The translations under genes were made by a program, and so were the position numbers. This document shows, piece after piece, positions 55,144 through 64,000 of a stretch of DNA of 64,000 bases. The DNA comes from a virus. Lineage: Duplodnaviria > Caudoviricetes. The stretch lies in the IMG/VR virus record IMGVR_UViG_3300028591_000003, positions 64,001 through 128,000 of that record, one strand, 5' to 3'. Within the stretch, counting starts at the first letter, position 1. Each line of letters begins with the position of its first letter. A model generated the notes under the pieces. The model was not told where the DNA came from and ran no database searches. It worked only from the letters and a program-made list of their open reading frames with translations.

Positions 55144-57562
55144 ATGAAAATTGCTTCATTTACTTCTAATATCCCCACAATGGGTGATACTAGAACTTAT
55201 GAGGACTTTTATAAGTACCTTGGATTTAAACCTCAACGTCTTGGTGTTGTATCAAGAATGTATGATGATTTAACAGCTTCATTCCTTACTGAATCTTTAA
55301 AGAATATTTTCTATCAAGATGCTAAAGGAAGCGGTAACAAATATCAAAGTATTAATGCTTTAGCATATGACTGGGATATAACTAGCAACTATATCAAAAG
55401 AATTGAATTTGCAGCAGTACCTGAAGGTGATGGTGCAGGTGGTACAGAAATTGTAATGGCTTTCAGAGAAAGATATTACGAAAAGTATGATACCTTCAAA
55501 ATTGAAAATTCTGGTCAATAGTGTATGGTAGTAGGTCGTCCTGTAAGAAAGGGAGATAATTATTGGGAAGTAGTAGTAAGATTAGTTGATAATAACTATG
55601 ATACTGTTCTTGATGTAAGTGCTTGTCAACCTGGCGACAAAACACGTTGGATTAGTGCTCATATGCCCGAATTACACGAGGAGGGTTTAGAAATCCTAGC
55701 CATTGGTATGGCTCTCCTCCGCTTAGTTGCTTAAGTGTAAAATTAAATAAATATTCTTAATTGCTGGAAAGCTAAGTCTTTTAAGATACGCTAATCAGCA
55801 GCGAAGCCTAAGATAACATGAACTCATAGAGAGATGCTTAGGAACGTTCATCGACTAGTCTGAATAGACGTAGGAGAAGAATACTCCGAAATGGAATAAA
55901 TCTAAAATTTAAATATGGAAAAATATATTGTATATCAAACAACTAATAAAATTAATAATAAAATTTATATTGGAGTTCATTGTACTAATAATCCTGATGG
56001 ATTTGATGGTTATATAGGTTGTGGAGTAAGAATTACTCAACCTTGTACTTATATGAATCCTAAAACTCCTTTTCAATATGCTGTTAAAAAATATGGAACA
56101 GGAGCCTTTATTAGGACAACGTTAGCTAAATTTGATACAGAAGAAGAAGCTTTTGAATTAGAGAAAAAAATTGTTAATGAAGAATTTTTAAGACGAGCAG
56201 ATGTATATAATTTAGTTGAAGGTGGAAAATTTCATATAACACATCAAACTCCAATATATATGTATGACTTAGAAGGAAATTTTGAAATGGAATTTAAAGG
56301 GATTAATGAAGCAGTAAGATATGTAAATCCTGACCATAATCAAAGAGGAGGAAGTCATATAATAAGAGCAATAAATCAAGGTCATCAATATCATGGACAC
56401 CAATTTTCTTATGAAAAGGTTGAAAAATTAAAAAATTTAACTAAACATAGAAAAATGTCTACTGTTGAAAGACCTTATGTTGGAGGAAAAGTTGGAAGAT
56501 ATGATGATGATGGAAATCTCTTAGAGACATTTGAAACAATGACAGATTGTGTTAAAGCTGGATATAAAAATGCTAAATTAGTAGCTTTAGGACAAAGAGA
56601 ACATTGTAAAGGATTCGTATTTAAATATTTAGATTAAGATATAGTCAGGCGACGTGGAAACACGATCGGTTATGTATACAAAATGGCAATCTAATGTAGA
56701 AAAACACCGTGGTTATATACAGACCCACAGATTTGACGCTTCTTATTCAGCACAGTATGCTGCATTAGAAGATGTATTTATTAAAATTTCAGAAGGTAAA
56801 GATTAGGGTAGTCTAACTGAAACTATTTATAAAATGGATACAGTTTAGAAGAACTTACTTGAAACCTTCCTTACAGGACGTAACCAAGCTTTACTTTTCT
56901 CTAAAGGAAACGTAAATCCTCAAACAGAAAAGCCTACTATAGTTGATCCTGATACTAATAGACCTATTTACATTTCAGATGGACTTATTCCTCAAGTAGA
57001 AGCTTATGCAAGTAAATATGCTTACAATAAACTTACTATAAATGTATTTAAGACTGCTTTACAAGCACTTAATGAAAAAGCAGAAAAGCCTACTGGAAAC
57101 CACTATATGTTTATTGTCAACGAAAAAGCTTGGTATGACCTACAAGATGTATTAGATACATACTTAGCACAATATCATACTGATGGAACTTATCTTTGGT
57201 CTGCTAAGGCAGGAGATTATGTTTCTGTAGGTGCTAAAGGATTCGATACATATAATTACGGTGGAAATTCTATTAGCTTTAAAGTTGATAGAACATTCTC
57301 TCGTGAATATGGTTATCAAAAAGGTTATATGTTAGCATTAGATTTAACAGCAGACAAGACTTCTGCTCAACCTCCTATTGCATTATTTACTTTAAAGGGT
57401 GGAGATATGATCTCTAACAAATATATTGGTGTAGGTGGATTGAACGGATTATCTTCTGGTGAAGTTTCTTCACCTGTAGCTGGTTCTAAACTAATTATGT
57501 GGGGATATTCAAGCTTAGCTGTATTTAATCCTTACAGATCGTATGTTATGAGAGAGCTTTGA
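55144..57562 (+). CDS. major capsid protein, ~476 aa spliced (exons 55144-55686 and 56675-57562)
   Basis: Splicing restores ..MPELHEEG|YTKWQSNVEKHRGYIQTHR in frame with ORF 57107; crAss-type position and size. Confidence 0.85.
55687..56674 (+). mobile_element. group I intron with homing endonuclease in the capsid gene
   Basis: P1 GAGGAGGGU/GCTCTCCTC, P10 GTATG/TATAC, P TTGCTGGAAA, Q AATCAGCAG, R GTTCATCGACTA, S AAGATATAGTC, terminal G. Confidence 0.92.
55915..56637 (+). CDS. GIY-YIG homing endonuclease with NUMOD1-like repeats
   Basis: IVYQTTNKINNKIYIGVH..GYIGCG; YMYDLEGNF and RYDDDGNLL repeats. Confidence 0.9.
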   Translation: MEKYIVYQTTNKINNKIYIGVHCTNNPDGFDGYIGCGVRITQPCTYMNPKTPFQYAVKKYGTGAFIRTTLAKFDTEEEAFELEKKIVNEEFLRRADVYNLVEGGKFHITHQTPIYMYDLEGNFEMEFKGINEAVRYVNPDHNQRGGSHIIRAINQGHQYHGHQFSYEKVEKLKNLTKHRKMSTVERPYVGGKVGRYDDDGNLLETFETMTDCVKAGYKNAKLVALGQREHCKGFVFKYLD

Positions 57563-57663
57563 TGCTTAAAATAATTGATTAATAATAGATAATGACTAGA
57601 CAACCACTCAATTGTGCTTGTCTAGTCATATTTTAAAATTTTTATATGTTAATAAGAAATAAT

Positions 57664-58530
57664 ATGGCAGAAAGTAAAAAAGAAATTGATTTATCTTCAA
57701 AAATCATACTTAGAAGTGTACGTGGTAAAGTAGGAAATGTAATAAAAATTCAACCTTGTGTAGATCCTGAAACTGGAGAATATGCAGATTGTGTTAAGAG
57801 AGTAGATTCTAACAATGATATGATTCTCTCAGAAAAGGAGAAAAATGATCCCAATAGAGTATATTTTATAAAAGAAACAGCAACATTTGATGTAGTTGAT
57901 GGAACTACTTTCGATTTAACTGATACTAAACAAAGATTTATTTGGGAAGCTATTCGTCATTGTCCGTTAATTGCTCCAGAATATTATGCTAAGGACAAAA
58001 ATGGAAATTCATTAATTAACGGAACTCCTGGAGATTATACCTTAAAAGATTATTTAAATAGAAATCCAAGACGTTTTGGTATTGCAGAACTTTATGTTGA
58101 ACGTCCTGGAGTTGAAGCTAATCGTAGAGTATCTCGTAAGAAACTCAAACACGATGCTGAAACATATATTTATAATGATGAAAGAGGTTATGATGGAAGA
58201 GTACTTAAAACTAAGTTACTTGGACACAGAATGGATGGAATGGCAGATGCTGATGTAACAGATTATCTATTACAAGTTGCTGAAAAAGATCCTCAAAAGA
58301 TTATTAATCTTTATACAGGAGGAGATTCAGCTGTTAGATTATTATTTATAGAAGCTAGAGATAAAAAAGTCATTCGTTATAAAGATAAACTTTACATGTA
58401 TGCAGATATACTTCTAGGAGCAACTGATGATGCTGCTATATTATATCTAAAAGATCCTAAAAATGCTAATGTTTTAAAACTTATTAAAGAGGAAACTTTT
58501 CCTGAATTAATGGGTAAAAAAGAAAAATAA
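57664..58530 (+). CDS. conserved protein downstream of capsid
   Basis: Intact ORF; probable start MAESK. Confidence 0.8.
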   Translation: MAESKKEIDLSSKIILRSVRGKVGNVIKIQPCVDPETGEYADCVKRVDSNNDMILSEKEKNDPNRVYFIKETATFDVVDGTTFDLTDTKQRFIWEAIRHCPLIAPEYYAKDKNGNSLINGTPGDYTLKDYLNRNPRRFGIAELYVERPGVEANRRVSRKKLKHDAETYIYNDERGYDGRVLKTKLLGHRMDGMADADVTDYLLQVAEKDPQKIINLYTGGDSAVRLLFIEARDKKVIRYKDKLYMYADILLGATDDAAILYLKDPKNANVLKLIKEETFPELMGKKEK

Positions 58531-58538
58531 TTCTTAGC

Positions 58539-59576
58539 ATGACAGCGAGAGAACTTTATGAAGGGGTTCTAATAGAATTACAAAAAGAAAGTGCCCCTAA
58601 TATCTTACTTGAAGACTTTAATTATTTTGCTAATAAAGCTGTAAATCAGTATGTAAATAAGCGTTATAACATATATGATACAAATCAACAGACTACTGAT
58701 GATTTAAGAGTATTAAAATCAAATGCTATTTTAATCCCTAAAAAAGTAAAAGACATATATGATGGACTAACATTAGTTGATTCTGGAATGGCTACATATT
58801 ATGTTGAACTACCATCTGATTACTTACATTTATTAAATTGTATTTGTATATATAATATTACAAAAACATATAAATGTTATAATGCTGGAGATACTTGGAG
58901 AGCAGCTGCCACAAAATTAACCGCAGATGCTTATTCACAAGTTATTGATAATTTTTGGACTAAACCTACATATAGAAGACCTTATTATTATATACATACT
59001 GTAAATCAATATAATACAAATCCAACTAATCCTTATAATTCTGATAATGAATTTGGAACTGATATAAATGCAGTAAAAGATACAACAAAAAAAGATGCAA
59101 ATGGTGTATCTATAGTAGAATAGGATGGAGGTATAATTTAGAGTATTGATTTAAGAAATAGTTTGTCTAGTACTATACAAGCTTCTTTAGTATAGAGAAC
59201 TGCTGGAGTACGTTACGGAAATGTTTCTAAAGTAAGAATGGAAATTCGTTATGGTACTGATACTTCTGTATTTACTTTAGATCACTCTGATAATCCAAAC
59301 TCTCCACTTAATAAAGGAGGAAAAATATATATTGATTATATAAAAGCTCCTTAGCATATACGTCTTACACAAAAACAAATTGATTATACAGAGGATCAAT
59401 CTCAAATATTAGAGTTTCCAGATTATGTATGTCAAGAGATATTAAATGAGTTGGTAATTCTTATCATGGAGCATATCTCTGATCCTAAGCTCCAAACATT
59501 CCCAGTAGTTAGTTAGTCTATTGCTAATCCAGCTCAGGCATAGGCCCCATAGGCACAGGGTTAGAGTGCTCAATAA
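58539..59576 (+). CDS. tail ring/tubular protein
   Basis: FNYFANKA, DDLRVL, LPSDYLHLL, YIKAP, EFPDYVCQEI motifs; TAG read-through. Confidence 0.75.
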
Positions 59577-59591
59577 AAATAATTTTAAATT

Positions 59592-60665
59592 ATGTTTAAT
59601 TTCACAACTCAAACAGTTTACAATTAGATTTCTACTACAGGTGCAAATAAAAACTTGTATGTAGCAGCAAATGGAAAAAAGCCAGCTATAAGAGTTGGTA
59701 ATACTAGATTTGATGCAGATAGTATTTTAGATATTCAAGTTAAAAATCCTACAGTAGAAAATCTAGCTAAAGTAACTTTTGATTTATCTAAGGTTCTTAT
59801 TCCATAGAATTCTACTGATAATGAAATAACAGCAAGAATTGTTCTTTATGTTGGACTTTCTATGAATAGTCAAGATGCTTTCTATGCAAATGACTTTGTA
59901 TATAAAGGAAAACCTTTATTCATCGAATTTCCCGTTAAGAAAACTGATACTGTTGATTTACTAGCAAAGAGAGTAAAAAATATCGCAGATAAGTATCTAC
60001 TTGTTATGATGGGTACTGAAAAGATTCTTGATGTAACTTTTGAAGGTACTGCTGCTTCTGGTGATGATCCTGCTACAGGTACAATTACATTTACAGGTGT
60101 AAATGGTTATCAATAGATTAAGAAAGCTATTCTTCAGAAATATGATCCTGAAGCTAAAACAGTAGATTGCTGCTCTAATCAAGGTGAATATATTGATGTA
60201 ATTACCGGTGTTCCTGTAGTTTATACTACAGATGCTGATGGTGTAGTAACTACAAGTAATAATAAGATCGATGCTGATGGCAATACAGTTGCTCTTGAAG
60301 AAAATGAAGTAGCAATTACTCCAGGTCTTGAAGCATTTGGTGATTACAATTGGTTAATCCATAACCTAAGACTTCCAACTGCTGCAAATTATTATCCCTG
60401 GTCTCCTGCAAATAGAATGGGAGAAATTCCTGTTCCTGGACAACAATATACTTAGATTATTATTCGTATGATTAAGGAACGTGATGGAATCATGGGAGAA
60501 ATTGTTGGTGCTAGAGGTACTTCTGTAACTACTCATGTTCTTTATGTTGCTGGAAAACCAACAGCAGGTGCTGCTAAGACCGTATTAGACGCTTTCAAAG
60601 CTCTTGATGGTGTAACAGCAAAAATTAAAACTGATGCTGATACTGCTCTTCAAAGCCCTTTTTAA
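59592..60665 (+). CDS. structural protein (auxiliary capsid-like), ~357 aa
   Basis: MFNFTTQT..G.EAFGDY..LRLPT..Y.qII..T.HVLYV; fragments joined across TAG. Confidence 0.7.
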
Positions 60666-60697
60666 ACGGGGGAGGTGTAACCCCCTCACCAACACCT
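60656..60697 (+). promoter_or_regulatory. -1 programmed ribosomal frameshift signal
   Basis: In-frame C_CCT_TTT heptamer, 5-nt spacer, pseudoknot GGGGG/CCCCC plus GGTGT/ACACC. Confidence 0.75.
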
Positions 60698-61036
60698 ACG
60701 CCTATCCCGGTAGAGGGTGACGTACAAATCTTTGACGACCCCGAATGCACACGATACGCTGACGGCTCTGTCGCAACGGTTTATGCTCGAATTAATGTGC
60801 CGTGGGGATTTAATGGAGGTTGGGCTGTAGGAAGTACACAGCAAGCAGGCACTCTCCTGGAAGCATTTGGACCAACTACGGCAAATCCAAACGACCCTTA
60901 CGCAATTTCAGTGTGGAATTATTGGGTCTCAAACGATTTTGACACACCTTTTGAGGCAGGTCAAATCGTTGAACTTCAACCAAATCCGAATGCTGACCCC
61001 ATCGCTAACCCGAACGTCATCTTTACCAAACCGTAA
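60662..61036 (+). CDS. frameshift extension domain of the 59592 protein
   Basis: -1 frame open from the slip site; starts with GGGVTPSPTPTPIP linker; no ATG of its own. Confidence 0.7.
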   Translation, partial: LNGGGVTPSPTPTPIPVEGDVQIFDDPECTRYADGSVATVYARINVPWGFNGGWAVGSTQQAGTLLEAFGPTTANPNDPYAISVWNYWVSNDFDTPFEAGQIVELQPNPNADPIANPNVIFTKP

Positions 61037-61117
61037 TGACACACTCAAGTCGTCATCTAGAAAAAGCAATCGCCGCGGCGTAAACAAATTTTAGTAGATA
61101 CTTATAATTATTTTAAT

Positions 61118-61157
61118 AAGCTAGACCAGGCCTAAAAAGGTCTAGTCTAGCTTTTTT
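61118..61157 (+). terminator. intrinsic terminator
   Basis: AAGCTAGACCAGGCC..GGTCTAGTCTAGCTT then T run. Confidence 0.75.
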
Positions 61158-61164
61158 ATTTTAT

Positions 61165-61878
61165 ATGGCTTGGACATCAATTAAACGGCTAGCTGATGCT
61201 GTATTTAATGATATAGTTAGTGGACTTCGTGGTTATCACTAGAATATGTCAATGTCAAAAGAACAATTAGAAGAAGAAATTGTTCAAATGAGGCTAGCAG
61301 TTATTAAAGAATATATGTTAAAAGGAATACTTCCGATAGACGATTTATTAATGTCTATTAATTGTGTTCCAGTAGATTGTGATACTTTAGACAAATGTAA
61401 ATGTGGAGGATTAGTTTGTGGAGAACCTACAGCACATTTTCAAATACCTTAGATACTATTTGATTATGGTTTAGGAAAATCTATAAAATATATAGGATCT
61501 TCTGATAAAAGACATTCTTTTTTAGTATATACTAAACCTATAGATAAAATAAATACATATCAAAAATATAGAAAAAGAGGAAAAAATAAACCTTGGGTTT
61601 ATGTTGATGTAACTCCAAATTCTGAAGGATTATTAGATTGTTATATTTTTGGAGCACCTCTTATTAAGCAAGTTTCTGTTGTAGCTATATTTAAAGATCC
61701 TAGATAGTTAGAAGAATTTCAGTGTAATTGTGACGGAAGTGAAGATAATTAGATGGATATTAATTTTAATTTTTTGGATATTATTATAAAAGATAGACTT
61801 ACATAGCAAAAATTAAGATATTATCGTCAATATTAGGCTCCAATTCTTCCTAACGATTAGACTTATAGCGCCGGATGA
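61165..61878 (+). CDS. tail ring protein
   Basis: 237 codons across TAGs; INCVPV, YIGS, VVAIFKDPR. Confidence 0.7.
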
Positions 61879-61880
61879 TT

Positions 61881-62570
61881 ATGAATTTAAATAATTTTCA
61901 TTATATAGCAGTACTTCTAGATTAGTTTTATGGGTTAGAATTAGAAGATGAGGAATTAGAAGAAATGGGTTTAATGGGATGGGAATTAATCGGAAATAAA
62001 AATACTAAACTTTATCAATTTAGGACTTGTCCCGATTCTAATAATTCAATAAAATTACCTTGTAATGCATCTTCTGTAGAATCCGTTACAACTTCTTATG
62101 AAGATTGGAAAAGAATTACAAACTATTCAGAAAACGGAGATCAAAGAACATCATTCATAGAAAATCATATAGAAGCAGAAAAAATTTACAGAAGTCCTTA
62201 TTATATGTCTGGAAAATTAATTCCTTATGAATTAGTAGACGATACTTTATATTTTACTGGAAATTATGGTACACTGAATATCTTATATAAAGGTATTTTA
62301 GTTGACGAAGAAGGTTTGCCAATGCTTTCAAATAAAGAAGCTATGGCAATAGCTACTTATATCGCATATTATTTAAAATATAAAGAAGGTTTAAAAACAA
62401 ATAATACAGGAATAATTAATCTTGCTAATAATTTAGAATAGAAATGGCTTAAACAGTGTGATTAGGCAAGAGTAACTCCATTAAGTCAAAATGATATGAA
62501 TGAAATACTAAACATAAAAGATAGTTGGAATCGTCACAATTATGGTTTATCTTATAAACCTATACATTAA
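61881..62570 (+). CDS. tail ring protein
   Basis: LPCN, ILYKGILVDEEGLP motifs; TAG read-through. Confidence 0.7.
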
Positions 62571-63016
62571 TGCATTGGGCGTTAGGTTGGGCTTGTAATC
62601 TTAATGATATTTTTGTTCGATTTCCATACGAAAAATGTAAACACTTAATTCAAATTTATAAAACTAAAAATGAATAGAGATAGAAAATAAAGCAAATCTT
62701 TAGAACGGGAGTTGAAATAATTTTGAATGATATTATAGAAAATAATTCTACATTTCAACTTCCTTCTTTAGGTTATTATGGTGGAGAAATTCACTTTGAA
62801 CCTGTTAAAGGAGAAGAATTTATAAATTTAAGATCTAAAGGTAAATTCTCTGGAATAGATTTTTTAGAGACTATGTTTACTGGATATCAGCTTTATCTAT
62901 ATTTACACGGAAAAAGAGACAATTTCTTAGCTAGAAGAAAATATCCTATTTATATGAATAAATTTTATAAAGAAAAATTAGAAACTCTTGCCAATAACGG
63001 ACAAATTTATTGTTAA
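62570..63016 (+). CDS. hypothetical protein, possibly HU/IHF-like
   Basis: Coupled start and stop; ILNDIIENN.TFQLP..GEI. Confidence 0.55.
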
Positions 63017-63582
63017 TGAAGATAACTACTATAGATGATTATGTTGATGCTGTATGTGAAAAATATCCAGAAATTCCAAAAGATGAAATAAAAAGAATTT
63101 TAGTTTATGGCTTTAAAATGATATTATAGTATATAAGTTTTGGAAATGATATATCTATCATGTCTAATAAATTCTTTTTATTCATTGGTAAAATTCCAAG
63201 TTCTGCTTTAGCTGCTTTTAACACTTATTGTTATAAACTTGCAAAAAGAATACAATATATGTTTAGAAGAACTAAATCTAAATGGGATGGATATTATTAT
63301 TTTGCTAGAACAGAAGATTAGTATTTAAATTACTTAAGTTAGAACAAGAAAAAATATAAAGTATTTCAAAATGTAATGCTTTATAAATTATTAGATGAAT
63401 GTAAAATAAAAGAACACTCTAAACAATATATATTTAGGTTATCAGAAGATAAAACACAGTGGATGTAGAAATTTTACAAAGAAATTAAATCTGATAAAGC
63501 CGAATTAATAATTTAGAGAGATCCTTTAAAGATGAAAGATTTACTTACATCTTAGAATAAATTTAAATATATACAATAGTAA
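63016..63582 (+). CDS. possible HU/IHF-like protein
   Basis: 188 codons across TAGs; N-terminal two-helix pattern. Confidence 0.55.
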
Positions 63583-63583
63583 T

Positions 63584-64000
63584 ATGGAATAGGCAACGAA
63601 TACATTTAGTAAAGGTCTACAACTTGATACTAACCCTATGATTTAGGGAAATGATTCATTGACAGACTGTCTGAATGGTACAGTAATTACTATGAATGGT
63701 AATGAACTTATTTTACAAAATGATATGGGTAATGGAAAAGTACACAAAGCTTTTTTACCTGCTGGATATTAGCCAGTAGGAATGAAAGAATATGGAGGCA
63801 TTATTTATGTAGCTGCCTATAACCCCATTACTAATAAATCTCAAATTGGAAGTTTTCCTTCTCCTCAAATAATTTTCGATGATAACACAGAAAATAAACA
63901 AGAAATCGAAAAATCAACATCATTAGAGTCTAGATTAATTAAATTGACTGATGATATTCTTCATGCTGGAGATAATTTTCTAGTTTATTCTAAAGACAAT
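63584..64000 (+). CDS. tail stabilisation/muzzle protein, N-terminus (truncated by window)
   Basis: NTFSKGLQLD..LTDCLNG..LQNDMGN..GGIIYV..QIGSFPSP. Confidence 0.8.

Noticed and set aside
26459-60182. Short minus-strand ORFs within the structural module
   Set aside because: Shadows of longer recoded plus-strand genes
19036-64000. Fragmented ORFs as pseudogenes or sequencing errors
   Set aside because: Breaks are TAG only, frames are preserved, and a CUA tRNA is present

Overview
AT-rich segment of a large crAss-like (Crassvirales-type) Bacteroidota phage genome, in two arms that diverge near 18.9 kb. The left arm (1-18.9 kb, minus strand) reads in the standard code. It holds small hypothetical genes, a free-standing HNH nuclease, a tRNA cluster (two tRNAs split by group I introns), a hammerhead ribozyme and many structured non-coding elements. 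The right arm (19-64 kb) is the late module and reads TAG as a sense codon, most likely Gln. Fragmented ORFs join in frame across TAG into holin-like protein, amidase, terminase, portal, tail proteins, major capsid protein (split by a group I intron carrying a GIY-YIG endonuclease), ring proteins and muzzle protein. A CUA suppressor tRNA lies at 20701-20776. The best candidate for an undescribed system is at 1.4-9.6 kb: a 619-aa TROVE/Ro60-like (DUF2828-type) VWA protein gene lies upstream of about 13 small RNA elements sharing a handle helix (GAUACUUACAA...AGUAUC). The handle is grafted onto tRNA bodies at several different positions, including circularly permuted YrlA-like forms, onto non-tRNA payloads, and onto the gene's own leader. 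Also notable are a tRNA mimic nested inside a group I intron and a -1 frameshift signal extending a structural protein. All calls were made by eye; no searches or folding programs were run.
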